DNA from: the human T2T-CHM13v2.0 reference genome, Homo sapiens | Length of the DNA: 64,000 bases | Strand: one strand, 5' to 3' | Assembly: GCF_009914755.1 (NCBI RefSeq) | Contig: NC_060937.1 | Part shown: positions 21,460-36,607 of the stretch, one piece after another | Layout of the letters: every line of letters begins with the position of its first letter | How positions within the stretch are numbered: the stretch's first letter is position 1 | Program-made: the position numbers and the translations under genes | The notes under the pieces: model-generated | Seen by the model: the letters and a program-made list of their open reading frames with translations, nothing else | Database searches by the model: none | Told to the model about the DNA's origin: nothing

Positions 21460-24400
21460 AAAATTTTTTTTTATTATACTTTAAATTCTGGGGTACATGT
21501 GCAGAACACGAAGTTTTGTTACATAGGTATACATGTGCCACGGTGGTTTGCTGCACCCGTCAACTCGTCACCTACATTATGTATTTCTCCTAATGTTATC
21601 CTTCCCCTACCCTCCCCCAACCCCCAATAGGCCCCGGTGTGTGATGTTCCCCTCCCTATGTCCATGTGTTCTCATTGTTCAACTCCCATTTATGAGTGAG
21701 AACACGCGGTGCTCGGTTTTCTGTTCTTGTGATAGTTTGCTGAGAATGATGGTTTCCAGCTTCATCCATGTCCCTGCAAAGGACATGAACTCATCCTTTT
21801 TTATGGCTGCATAGTATTCCATGGTGTATATGTGCCATATTTTCTTTATCCAGTCTATTATTGATGGACATTTGGGTTGGTTCCAAGTCTTTGCTATCGT
21901 GAATAAAGCTGCAATAAACATACGTGTGCTTGTGTCTTTATAGTAGAATGATTTATAATCCTTTGGGTATATACCCAGTAATGGGATTGCTGGGTCAAAT
22001 GATATTTCTAGTTCTAGATCCTTGAGGAATTGCCACACTGTCTTCCACAATGGTTGAACTAATTTACACACCCACCAACAGTGTAAAAGTGTTCCTATTT
22101 CTCCACATGCTCTCCAGCACCTGTTGTTTACTGACTTTTTAATGATTGCCATTCTAACTGGTGAGAGATGGTATCTCATTGTGGTTTTGATTGCATTTCT
22201 ATCATGACCAGTGATGATGAGCATTTTTTCATGTCTGTTGGCTACATAAATGTCTTCTTTTGAGAAGTGTCTGTTTATATCCTTTGCCCAATTTTTGATG
22301 GGGTTGTTTTTTTCTTGTAAATTTGTTTAAGTTCTTTGTAGATTCTGGATATTAGCCCTTTGTCAGATGGATAGATTGCAAAACTTTTTTCCCATTCTAT
22401 AGGTTGCCTGTTCACTCTGATGATAGTTTCTTTTGCTGTGCAGAAGCCCTTTAGTTTAATTAGATCCCATTTGTCTATTTTGGCTTTTGTTGCCATTGCT
22501 TTTGGTGTTTTAGACATGAAGTCTTTGCCCATGCTTGTGTCCTGAATGGTATTGTCTAGGTTTTCTTCTAGGATTTTTATGGTCCTAGGTCTTATGTTTA
22601 AGTCTTTGATCCATCTTGATTTTTGTATAAGGGGTGAGGAAAGAGTCCAGTTCCAGTTTTCAGAATATGGCTAGCCAGTTTTCCCAACAACATTTATTAA
22701 ATAGGAACATTTTCCAAATTGCTTTTTTGTGTCAAGTTTGTCAAAGATCAGATGGTTGTAGATGTGTGGTGTTATTTCTGAGGACTCTGTTCTGTTCCAT
22801 TGGTCTATATATCTGTTTTGGTACCAGTACCATGCTGCTTTGGTTACTGTAGCCTTGTAGTATAGTTTGAAGCCAGGTAGCATGATGCCTCCAGCTTTGT
22901 TCTTCTTGCCAAGGATTGTCTTGTCTATGCAGGCCCTTTTTTGGTTCCATACGAAGTTTAAAGTAGTTTTTTCCAATTCTGTGAAGAAAGTCAGTGGTAG
23001 CTTGATGGGGATAGCATTAAATCTATAAATTACTTTGGGCAGTATGGCCATTTTCATGATATTGATTCTTCCTATCCATGAGCATGGAACGTTTTTCCAT
23101 TTGTTTGTGTCCTCTCTTATTTCCTTGAGCAGTGGTTTGTAGTTCTCCTTGAAGAGGTCCTTCACATCCCTTGTAAGTTGTATTCCTAAGTATTTTATTC
23201 TCTTTGTAGCAATTGTGAATGGGAGTTCACTCATGATTTGGCTCTGTTTGTCTATTATTGGTGGATAGGATGGCTTGTGATTTTTGCACATTGATTTTGT
23301 ATCCTGAGACTTTGCTGAAGTTGCTTATCAGCTTAAGGAGATTTTGGGCTGAGATGATGGGGTTTTCTAAATAGACAATCATGTCATCTGCAAACAGAGA
23401 CAATTTGACTTCCTCTCTTCCTATTTGAATACGCTTTATTTCTTTCTCTTGGCTGATTGCCCCAGCCAGAACTTCCAATACTATGTTGAATAAGAGTGGT
23501 GCGAGAGGGCGTCCTTGTCTTGTGCTGGTTTTCAAAGGGAATGTTTCCAGCTTTTGCCCATTCAGTATGATATTGACTGTGGGTTTGCCGTAAATAGCTC
23601 TGACTATTTTGAGATATGTTCCATCGATACCCAGTTTATTGAGAGTTTTTAGCATGAAGGGGTGTTGAATTTTGTCGAAGGTCTTTTCTGCATCTATTGA
23701 GATAATCATGTGGTTTTTGTCATTGGTTCTGTTTATGTGATGGATTCTGTTTATCGTTTTGCATATGTTGAACCAGCCTTGCATCCCAGGTATGAAGCTG
23801 ACTTGATCGTGGCGGATATGCTTTTTGATGTGCTGCTGGATTTGATTTGCCAGTATTTTTTTGAGGATTTTCATATCGATGTTCATCAGGGATATTGGCC
23901 TGAAATTTTCTTTTTTTGTCGTGTCTCTGCCAGGTTTTGGTATCAGGATGATGCTGGCCTCATAAAATGAGTTAGGGAGGATTCCCTCTTTTTCTATTGT
24001 TTGAAATAGTTTCAGAAGGAATGGTACCAGCTCCTCTTTGTACCTTTGGTAGAGTTAGGATGTGAATCCATCTGGTCCTGGACTTTTTTTGGTTGATAGG
24101 CTATTAATTACTGCCTCAATTTCAGAACTTGTTATTGGTTTATTCAGACATTAGACTTCTTCCTGATTTAGACTTGGGAAGGGTGTATGTGTCCAGGAAT
24201 TTATCCATTTCTTCTAGATTTTCTAGTTTATTTGTATAGAGGTGTTTATAGTATTCTCTCATGGTAGTTTGTATTTCTGTGGGATCGGTGGCGATATCCC
24301 CTGTATAATTTTTTATTGCGTCTATTTGATTCTTCTCTCTTTGCTTCTTTATTAGTCTGGCTAGTGGTCCATTTTGCTGATCTTTTTTAAAAAAACAGCT

Positions 24401-27400
24401 CCTGGATTCATTGATTTTTTTGAAGGGCTTTTTGTGTCTCTACCCCCTTCAGTTCTGCTCTGATCTTAGTCTTCTGCTAGATTTTGAATTTGTTTGCTGT
24501 TGCTTCTCTAGTTCTTTTAGTTTTGATGTTAGGGTGTCAATTTTAGATCTTTTCTGCTTTCTCGTGTGGGCATTTAGTGCTAGAAATTTCCCTCTACACA
24601 CTGCTTTAAATGTGTCCCAGAGATTCTCATACATTGTGTCTTCGTTCTCATTGGTTTCAAAGAACATCTTTATTTCTGCTTTCATTTTGTTATTTGCCCA
24701 GTAGTCATTTAGGAGTAGGTCATTCAGTTTCCATGTAGTTGTGCAGTTTTGAGTGAGTTTCTTAAACCTGAGTTCTAGTTTGATTGTACTGTGGTCCGAG
24801 AGACTGTTTGTTATGATTTCCATTCTTTTGCATTTGCTGAGGAGTGTTTTACTTCCAATTATGTGGTCAATTTTAGAATAAGTGCGATGAGCTGCTGAGA
24901 AGAATGTATATTCTGTTGATTTGGGGTGAAGAGTTCTGTAGATGTCTGTTAGGTCTGCTTATTCCAGAGCTGAGTTAAAGCCTGGAATATTCTTGTTAAT
25001 TTTCTGTCTCGTTGATCTGCCTAATATTGACAGTGGGATGTTAAAGTCTCCCACTACTATGTGTGGGAGTCAAAGTCTGGGAGTCTTAAGTCTCTTTGTA
25101 GGTCTCTAAGAACTTGCTTTATGAATCTGAGTGCTCTTGTATTGGGTGCATATATATTTAGGATAGTTAGCTCTTCTTGCTGCATTGATCCCCTTACCAT
25201 TATGTAATACCCTTTGTTGTCTCTTTTGATATTTGTTGGTTTACAGTTTGTTTTATCCGAGATTAGGATTGCAACTCCTGCTTTTTTTTGCCTTCCATTT
25301 GCTTGGTAAATATTCTTCCATCCTTTATTTTGAGCCTATGTGTGTCTTTGCATGTGAGATGGGTCTCCTGAATACAGCACACTGATGGGTCTTGACTCCT
25401 TATCCAATTTGCCAGTCTGGGTCTTTTAATTGGGCATTTAGCCCATTTACATTTAAGGTTACTATTGTTATGTGTGAATTTGATCCTGTCATTATGATGC
25501 TGGCTGGTTGTTTTGCCCATTAGTTGGTGCAGTTTCTTCATAGTGTTGATGTTCTTTACAATTTGGTATGTTTTTGCAGTGGTTGGTACCAGTTGTTCCT
25601 TTCCATGTTTAGTGCTTCCTTCAGGAGCTTTTGTAAGGCAGGCCTGGTGGTGACAAAATCTCTCAGCATTTGCTTAACTGTATAGGATTTTATTTCTCCT
25701 TTACTTATGAAGCTTAGTTTGGCTGGATATGAAATTCTGGGTTGAAAATTCTTTTCTTTAAGAATGTTGAATATTGGCCCCATTCTCTTCTGGCTTGTAG
25801 GGTTTCTGCAGAGAGATCTACTGTTAGTCTGATGGGCTTCCCTTTGTGGGTAACCCGACCTTTCTTTGTGGCTGCCCTTAACATTTTTTCCTTCATTTCA
25901 ACCTTGGTGAAGCTGATGATTATGTGTCTTGGGGTTGCTCTTCTCGAGGAGTATCTTTGTGATGTTCTTTGTGTTTCCTGAATTTGAATGTTGGCCTGTC
26001 TTCCTAGGTGGGGGAAGTTCTCCTGGATAATATCCTGAAGGGTGTTTTCTAACTTGGTTCCATTCTCCTCGGCACTTTCAGGTACACCAATCAAACATAG
26101 ATTTGGTCTTTTCACATAGTCCCATATTTCTTGAAGGATTTGTTCATTCCTTTTCACTCTTTTTTCTCTAATCTTGTTTTCTCTCTTTATTTCCTTAAGC
26201 TGATCTTCAATCACTGATACCCTTTCTTCTGCTTGATCGATTTGGCTATGGATACTTGTGTATGCTTCACGAAGTTTTCGTGCTGTATTGTTCAGCTCCA
26301 TCAGGTCATTTATATTCTTCTCTACACTAGTTATTCTAGTTAGCAATTCATCTAACCTGTTTTCAAGGTTCTTAGCTTCCTTGCATTGGGTTAGAACATG
26401 CTCCTTTAGGTCAGAGGAGTTTGTTATTACCCACCTTCTGAAGCTTACTTCTGTCAATTAGTCAAACTCATTCTCTGTCCAGTTTTGTTCCCTTGCTGGT
26501 GAGGAGTTGTGATCCTTTGGAAGAGAAGAGGCATTCTGGTTTTTGGAATTTTCAGCCTTTTTGCACTGGTTTCTCCCCATCTTTGTGGATTTATCTACCT
26601 TTGGTCTTTGATGCTGGTGACCTTCGGATGGGGTCTTTGAGTGGATGTGCTATTCCTTTCTGTTAGTTTTCCTTCTGACAGTCAGGCCCCTCTGCTGCTG
26701 GTCTGCTGGAGTTTGCTGGAGGTCCACTTGCGACCCTATTTGTCTGGGTATCACCAGCAGAGGTTGCAGAACAGCAAAGATTGCTTTCTGATATTTCCTC
26801 TGGAAGCTTCATCCCAGAGGGGCACCTGCCAGATGCCAGCCAGAGCTCTCCTGTATGAGGTGTCTGTTGGCCCCTACTGGGAGGTGTCTCTCAGTCAGGA
26901 TACATGGGGTCAGGGATCTGCTTGAGGAGGCAGTCTGACCCTTAGCAGAGCCCGATCACTGTGCTGGGTGGTCCACTGCTCTCTTCAGAGACATCAGGCA
27001 GGGACATTTAAGTCTGCTGAAGCTGTGCCCAAAGCTGCCCCTTTCCCCAGGTGCTCTGTCCTAGGAAGATGGGGGTTTTATTTATAAGTGCCTGACTGGG
27101 GCTGCTGCCTTTTTTTCAGTGATGTCCTGCCCAGAGAAGGGAAATCTGGCAGTCTGGCCTCAGCAGCCTTGCTGAGCTGCAGTGGGCTCTGCCCAGTTCG
27201 AATTTCCCAGTGGCTTTGTTTACACTGTGAGTGTAAAACCACCTACTCAAGCCTCAGCAATGGTGGATGTCCCTCCCCACTCCAAGCTCGAGCATCCTGG
27301 GTCCATCTCAGACTGCTGCTGTGCTGGCAGTGAGAATTTCAAGCCAGTGGATCTTAGTTTGCTGGGCTCTATGGGGGTGGGACCCACCGAGCCAGACCCC

Positions 27401-27873
27401 TTGGCTCCCTGGCTTCAGCACCCCTTTCCAGGGGAGTGAACGGTTCTGTCTCGCTGGCATTCCAGGCACCATTGGGGTATGGAAAACAAGAACTCCTGCA
27501 GCTAGTTTGGTGTCTGACCAAATGGCTGCCCAGTTTTGTGCTTGAAACCCAGGGTCCTGGTGGGGTAGGCACCGGAGGGAATCTCCTGGTCTGTGGGTTG
27601 TGAAAACCGTGGGACAAGCAGGAGCAGACTCAGTCCCTCACGGCTTCCCTTGGGTGGGGGAGAAAATTCCCCAACCCCTTGCACTTCCTGGGTGTGATGA
27701 CGCCCCACCCTGCTTCAGCTCGCTCTCTGTGGGCTGCACCCACTGTCCAACCAGTACCAATGAGATGAACCGGGTACCTCAGTTGGAAATGCAGAATTCA
27801 CCCGCCTGCATCGATCTCGCTGGGAGCTGCAGACCGGAGCTGTTCCTATTCGGTCATCTTGCCAGCGCTATTC
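21460..27873 (-). mobile_element. Full-length L1PA (L1PA7-like), ~6.4 kb, ORF1 and ORF2 disrupted
   Basis: 5' end (revcomp) GGCAAGATGACCGAATAGGAACAGCTCCGGTCTGCAGC; ORF1 fragments 25556-26457; ORF2 fragments including the RT motif LFADD; imperfect TSD CCAGTTTTGT.C.TTTT at 21443 and 27874. Confidence 0.93.
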
Positions 27874-28788
27874 CCAGTTTTGTTCATTTTGCTCAGGATA
27901 GCTTTGACTGTTCTGGGTCTTTGGTGGTTCCAAAGAAATTTTAAGATTATTTTTCTATTTCTGTAAAGAGTATCATTGGTATTTTGATAGCGATTGCATT
28001 GAATCTGTAGATTGCTTTGGGTAGTACAGACATTTTAACAATATTGATTCTTTCAATCTATGAACATGGAATATTTTTCCATTTTTTTGGTGTCCTCTTC
28101 AATTTCTTTCATTGGTGATTATAGTTTTTGTTATACAGTTCTTTCACTTTGGTTAATCCCTGGGTATTTAATTTTATTTGTGGCTATTACAAACAGGATT
28201 ACTTTTTTATTTCTTTTTCAGATTGTTCCCTATTGGCATATAGAAATGCTACTGATTTTTATATGTTGATTTTGTATCCTGCAACTTTACTGAATTTGTT
28301 TATCAGTTATAATAGTTTTTTGGTGGAGTCTTTAGGTTTTTCAAATATAAGATATCATCTGCAAACAAGGATAACTTGACTTCTTCCTTTCCAATTGGAT
28401 GCTGTTTCTGTCTTTCTCTTGTTGCTCTAGCTAGAACTTCCAGTACTATGATGAATAACACTGGTGAAAGTGGGCATTTTTGTCATGTTCCAGATCTTAG
28501 GGGAAAGGCTTTCAGTTTTTCCTCAGTTAGTATGATATTAGCTGTGGGTCTGTCATATATGGCTTTTATTATGTTGAGGTATGTACCTTTTATACCCAGG
28601 TTTTTGAGGGTTTTTATCATGAAGGGCTGTTGATTTTATCAAATGATTTTCAACATCAAATGAAATGATCTTATGGTTTTTGTCCTTTGATCTGTTGATA
28701 TAATGTACTACATTGATTGATTTATGTATATTGAACCATTCTTGCATCCCTGGGATAAATCCATTTGGTTATGATGAATGATCTTTCT

Positions 28789-29970
28789 TTTTTAAATTAT
28801 TATTATACTTCAAGTTCTGGGGTACATGTGCAGAATGTGCAGATTTGTTACATAGATATATGCATGCCATGGTGGTTTGCTGCACCCATCAACCCTCATC
28901 TACATTAGGTATTTCTCCTAATGCTATCCCTCCTCTAACCCCCAACCCCAACAGGCCCCAGTGTGTGACGTCCCCCTCCCTGTGTCCATATCTTCTCATT
29001 TTTCAACTCCCACTTATGAGTGAGAACATGCAGTGTTTGATTTTCTGTTCTTGTGTTAGGTTGCTGAGAATGATGGTTTCCAGCTTCATCCATGTCCCTG
29101 CAAAGGACATGAACTCATCCTTTTTTATGGCTGCATAGTATTCCAGAGAGTATATGTGCCACGTTTTCTTTATCCAGTCTATTATTGATGGACATTTGGG
29201 TTGGTACCAAGTCTTTGCTATTGTGAACAGTGCTGCAGTAAATATACGTGTGCTTGTGTCTTTATAGTAGAATGATTTATAATCAAACTGAATCCAGCAG
29301 CACATCAATAAGCTTATCCACCATGGTCAAGTTGGCTTCATACCTGGAATGCAAGGCTGGTTCAACATATGCAAATCAATAAATGTAATCCATTACATAA
29401 ACAGAACCAATGTCAAAAACCACATGATTATCTCAATAGTTGCAGAAAAGGCCTTCGATAAAATTCATCACCCCTTCATGCTAAAAACTCTCAATAAACT
29501 AGGTATTGATGAAATGTATCTCAAAATAATAAGAGCTATTTATGACAAACCCACAGTCAATATCATACTGAATGGGCAAAAGCTGGAAACATTCCCTTTG
29601 AAAACCAGCACAAGACAAGGACGCCCTCTCTCACCACTCCTATTGAACATAGTATTGGAAGTTCTGGCTGGGGCAATCAGCCAAGAGAAAGAAATAAAGC
29701 GTATTCAAATAGGAAGAGAGGAAGTCAAATTGTCTCTGTTTGCAGATGACATGATTATATATTTAGAAAACCCCATCATCTCAGCCCAAAATCTCCTTAA
29801 GCTGATAAGCAACTTCAGCAAAGTCTCAGGATACAAAATCAATGTGCAAAAATCACAAGCCATCCTATCCACCAATAATAGACAAACAGAGAGCCAAATC
29901 AGGAATGAACTCCCATTCACAATTGCTACAAAGAGAATAAAATACCTAGGAATACAACTTACAAGAGATG
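28789..29970 (-). mobile_element. 5'-inverted/truncated L1PA (twin-priming structure)
   Basis: Antisense 3' end at 28789-29284 joined to a sense ORF2 RT segment at 29285-29970; perfect 17-bp TSD TGATGAATGATCTTTCT at 28772 and 29971. Confidence 0.92.
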
Positions 29971-30630
29971 TGATGAATGATCTTTCTAATGTATTGTTGA
30001 ATTCAGTTTGCTAGTATTTTGTTGAGGGTTTTTGCATCAATTTTCATCAGAGATATTGGTAGTTTTCTTTTTTGTTTATGTGTCTTTGTCTGGTTTTGGC
30101 ATCAGGGTCATACTGGCCTCATAGAATGAGTTTGGAAGTGTTCCCTCCTCCTCTATTTTTCAGAATAGTTTGAGTAGGATTGGTATTAGATCTTCTTAAA
30201 ATGGTTGGTAGAGTTCAGCAGTGAAGCCATTGGGTCCTGGGCTTTTCTTTACTGAGAGGCTTTTTTATTATAGCTTTGATATGGTTACTTGTTATTGGTC
30301 TGTTTGCATTTTGGATTTCTTCATGGTTCAATCTTTGTAGGCTGTATATGTCTAGGAATTTGTCCATTTCTTCTATATTTTCCAATTTATTGGTATGTAG
30401 TTGCTCATAGTAGCCACTAATGATCCTTTGAATTTCTGCAATATCAGTTGTAATGTCTCCTTTTTCATTCTCTGATTTTATTTATTTGGATCTTCTCTCT
30501 TTTTTAATTAGTTACTCTAGCTGAAGGTGTATTTTGTTTAACTTTTCAAAAGACCAACTTTTCATTTCATTGATCTTTTGTATTGCTTTCTTCATTTCAA
30601 TTTTATTTATTTCTCCTCTGGTCTTTATTA

Positions 30631-31058
<428 letters not shown>

Positions 31059-31942
31059 TTACAGCTATAAAATTCCTTCTTAGTACTGCTTTTGCTGTAT
31101 CCCATAGGTTTTGGTGTTATGTTTCCATTATCATTTGTTTCAAGAAAATTTTCAATTTCCTTCTTAATTTCTTCATTAACCCACTGGTCATTCAGGACAT
31201 ATTGTTTAATTTCCATGTATTTGTGTAGTTTTCAAAATTCTCTTGTTATTGATTTCTAGTTTTATTCTATTGTGGTCAGAGAAGATGGTTGATGTTATTT
31301 CAATTTTTTAAATGTTTTAAGACTTGTTTTGTGACCTAACATATGGCCTGTCCTTGAGAATGATCCATGTGCTGAGGAAAAGAATGTGTATTCTGTAGCC
31401 ATTGGATGAAATGTTCTGTAACTATCTATTAGATCCATTTCTTGTATAGTGCAGATTAAGTCCAATGTTTCTTTATTAATTTTCTATCTGCAAGATCTGT
31501 CCAATGCTGAAAGTGGGGGTGTTGAAGTCTCCAGCTATTATTGTATTGAAGTCTATCTCTCTCTTCAGCTTTAATAATTTTTGCTTTATATATCTGGGTG
31601 CTCCAGTGTTGGGTGCATATATATTTAAAATTGGTATATCTTCTTGCTGAATTGACCCCTTTATCATTATATTGTGGCATTCTTTGTCTCTTTTTATAGT
31701 TTTTGTCTTGAAATCAATTTGACTGATATTAGTATAGCTACTCCTTCTGGTTTTTTTTTTGTTTTGGTTTCCATGGGCATGGAATATCTTTTTCCATCCC
31801 TTTATTTTCAGTCTATGTGTGTCTTTATATGTGAAGTGTGTTTCTTGCAGGCAACAGATAAATGGCTCTTGGTTTTTCATCCATTCAACCAGTCTATGTC
31901 TTTTGATTGGAGAGTTTAGTTCATTTACAATCAAGGTTACTA

Positions 31943-32269
<327 letters not shown>

Positions 32270-35200
32270 TGAGGACTTCTGCCATTTTGTCAGTTGTTTT
32301 CTGATTGTTCTGTGGCCTTCCTCTCTGTCCTTTCTTTCCTACCTGTCTTCATTTTAGTGAAGGTAATTTTCTCTGGTGATGTGATTTAGTTTCTTGCTTT
32401 TTATATTTTGTGCTTATGTTGTATGGATTTTAGTTTGAGGTTACCTTGAGGCTTGCAAACACTATCTTATAACCCATTATTTTAAGTGGATAACAACTTA
32501 AAACTGTTTGCATAAGCAAACAAGCAAGCAAAAAGAAAACTAACAAAGATGCTATGCCTTAAATTTGTCCCTCCACTTTTAAACTTCGTTGTTGCTGTTT
32601 ATATCTTTTTGTATTATCTATGTCTTGAAAAGTTGTCGTAATTATTATTTTTGATTGGTTCATTGTTTAGTCTTTCTACTTAAGAGTAGCTTACACATCA
32701 TAGTTACAGTGTTATAATAATCTGTGTTTTTCTGTGTACTTACTATTACCAGTGAGTTTTGTACCTTCGGATGATTCCTTATTGCTCATTAATGTCCTTT
32801 TATTTCTGATAGAAGTCCTCCCTTTAGCATTTCTTGTAGGACAGTTCTGGGGTTGATGAAATCCCTCAGCTTTTGTTTGTCTGGGAAAGTCTTTTATTTC
32901 TCTTTCAGGTTTGAAGGATAATTTTGCTGGATATACTATTCTAGGGTAAAAGTTTTTTCCTTCAGCATTTTAAATACATCATTCCACTCTCTCCTGGTCT
33001 ATAAAGTTTCCACTGAAAAATCTGCTGCCAGACATGTTGGAACTCCATTGTGTGTTATTTTTTTCTTTTCTTTTGCTGCTTTTGGCATCCTTTCTTTATC
33101 CTTGACCTTTGGGAGTTTGATTGTTAAATGCCTTGAGATAGTCTTCTTTGGGTTATATCTGTTTGGTGCTCTATAACCTTCTTGTACTTGGATATTGATA
33201 TCTTTCTCTAGGTGTTGGAAATTCTCTGTTATTATCATTTTGAATACACTTTCTTCTCTTTCTATCTCCTCTTTAAGGCCAATACCTCTTAGATTTGCTC
33301 TTTAGAGGCTATTTTCTAGGTCCTGTAGGCATGCTTCATTCTTTTTCATTCTTTTTTATTTTGTCTCCTCTGACTGCATTTTCAAATAGCTTGTTTCATT
33401 CTTTTTTATTCTGTCTCCTCTGACTGTACATTTTCAAATAGCCTGTCTTCAAGTTCACTAGCTCTTTTTTCTGCTTGATCAGTTCTGCTACTAAAAGACT
33501 CTGATGCATTATTCAGTATGCCAGTTGCATTTTTCAACTCCAGAATTTCTGCTTGATTCTTTTTAATTATTTCAATCTCTTGTTAAATTTATCTGATAGA
33601 GTTCTGAATTCCTTCTCTGTGTCATCTTGAATTTCTTTGAGTTTGCTCAAAACAGCTATTATGAATTCTCTGTCTGAAAGGTCACATATCTCTGTTTCTC
33701 CAGGATTGGTCCCCAGTGCCTTATTTGGTTCATTTGGTGAGGTCATGTTTTCCTAGATTGTATTAATAGTTGTAGAAGTTCGTCTGTTTCTGGGCATTGA
33801 AGAGGTAGGTATTTCTTGTAGTCTTTATGGTCTGGGCCTGTTTGTACCTATCCTTTTTGGCAAGGTTTTCCAGATATTCAAAAGGACTTGAGTGTTATAA
33901 TCTAAGCTGTATCTGCTTTAGGGAAGACCCCAAGCCCAGTAATGTGGTGGTTCTCCCAGACTCATAGAAGTACCACCTTGATAGTCTCGGACAAGATCTG
34001 GAAGAATTATCTGGGTTTCCAGGCAGAGACTCTTGTTCTCTTCTCTTATTGTTTCCCAAACAAATGGGTGCTCTCTCTCTCTCTCTCTTTGTTCTGAGCC
34101 ACCTGGAGCTAGGAGTGGAGTGACACAAGCACCCTTGTGGCCACCACCCCTAGGACTGCTCTGGGTCAGACCTGAAGCTAGCACAGCACTGGGTCTTGTC
34201 TGAGGCCTGCTGTAACCACTCCCTTTCTACTGCCTATGTTAGTTCAAAGCCTGGGGGTTTTACAATCAGCAGATGGCAAAGCCAGCCAGGCCTGTGTCCT
34301 TCCCTTCAGGGCAGCAAATTCCCCCAGGCACTGGGTGGGTCCAGAGGTACCTTCTTGGAGTCAGAGACTAGAGGCAAAAACCTTAGAAGTCTGCCTGGTG
34401 TTCTATTTTCCTGTCACTCAGCTGGCGCTCACACCATAAGACACAGTCCTTCCCACTCTTCCCTCTCCATTCCAGAGGTAGAGGAGCCTCACTCCATGAC
34501 CACTGTCACCTCAGGCCCACATGGAGTACTGCCAGACTACCGCTGATGTTCCCTTAAGGTTCAAGGCCACCTGAGTCAGCTCGTGGTGAATGCTGCCTGG
34601 CCTGGGACTCACCTTTCAGAGGAGTGGACCCTCTACACAGGTCTAGAAATGCCATCCAACAGCCAAGTCCTGGAATAGGGAACCCCAAGAGAATACTTGG
34701 TTCTCTACCCCACTGTGGCTGAGCTGATATCTAAGTTGCAAGACAAAGTTCCCTTTACTTTTTGCTCCACTGTGTCAAGCAGGAGTCTTGCCCCATAGCC
34801 ACCAGAGCTGGGAAAGTGCTGAGTCTCACCTGAATCCAGCAAGACTCAGTGTCTCACCCAAGACCCTCAACCTAGTACCTGGGTATTGCTGCTGGTATTC
34901 AGGACCTAAGGGCTCTTTAGTTAGCAGGTGATGAATCTTGCTAGGACTGGGTCTTTTCCTTCAAGGCTGCAGATTCTCTTCTGGGCCAAGGTGTGGCTAG
35001 AAATGTCCAGGGGCTAGGGCCTGGAATGGGGGCCCCATGACTCTCACCAGTGCCCTATCCTGCTGTGGCTGAGCTGGTATCCAAGATGAAAGACAAAGTC
35101 CTCCTAACTCTTCCATCTCCTCTCCTGAAGCAAAAGGAAGGGGTCACTTTTGGAGCCATGAGCTATGCAACCCGGGGTGGGTGGGGGGTGATGCCAGCAC

Positions 35201-35774
35201 TCCCTTAGACACCCCAACTGGTGTCTCAGTAGGTCACGTGCTTCCCCTAGTCCACTGTTTCTGGGCCCAGTTCATCCCAGGAATTGCCTAGGTGTTACAA
35301 TCCTTGTGGCCTAGACTGCCTTTCAAGTGTATCTGGGGCTCCAGAGTACTTTAGTCCAAGGTGATGAGGCTTGCGGGAACTGAAGTTCGTACTGCTGGGA
35401 TCAGAGATTCCCCTCTGTCTAGGGTTTAAATGTTTCCTCTGTGGGCAGGTGTCAGCTTAGTTTGGTCTGGTTTTGCTTTCTCTTATAACAAGGGTAGCAC
35501 TGAATTCAATGCCTCGCAATTGCTGGTTTCAGTGCCTCTCTCAGAGATATGAAGTTAAAACCAGGTACTGTGAGAATTCACTTGATTTTTGGGTCTTACA
35601 AAGGTGCTTTTAAATTGTTAATAGTTGTTTTTAAAGCAAAGGAAAGGTGCTTTTAAATCGTTTAATTGTTGTTAAATTGGTGTCCTTGTGGGAGGTGATG
35701 ATCTGTGGAGCTTTCTATTCCATCTTGCTCCACCTCTCCCTAGGTTGTCTTCTTTCTGTTTAGTTGTAGGAGCT

Positions 35775-36080
35775 TTCTTTTCTTTTCTTTTTTTCTTTTG
35801 AGATGGTCTCACTCTGTCACCCAGGTTGGAGTGCAGTAGTGCCATCACGGCTCACTGCAGCCTCAACCTCCTAGGCTCAAGTGATCCTCCCACCTCAGCC
35901 TAATGAGTAGCTGGAATTACAGGTGCATGCCACCACACCTGCCTAATTTTTGTATTTTTTTGTAGAGATGAAATTTTGCCGTGTTGCCCAGGCTGGTCTC
36001 TAACTCCTGGATGCAAGCAATCCATTTGCCTCAGCCTCCCAAAGTGCTAGTATTACAGGCATGAGCCACTGTTCCTGGCT
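35775..36080 (-). mobile_element. AluJ
   Basis: CACTGCAGCCTCAACCTCCTAGGCTCAAGTGATCCTCC J-type diagnostics. Confidence 0.88.
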
Positions 36081-36205
36081 AAGTCGTAGGAGTTTACAAT
36101 GTATTCTGGATACAAGTTCCTTACCAGATATAGAATTTGCAAATATTTTCTTGTATTTTGTTGGTTTTCATCACTTTTTTGTTCTTTGAAAGATAAAAGT
36201 TTTAA

Positions 36206-36607
<402 letters not shown>

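Noticed and set aside
21460-27873. Retrotransposition-competent L1
   Set aside because: ORF1 and ORF2 are broken into many fragments by stops and frameshifts.
29349-30014. 221-aa stand-alone reverse transcriptase gene on the + strand
   Set aside because: It is the inverted ORF2 segment of a twin-primed L1 bounded by TSDs.
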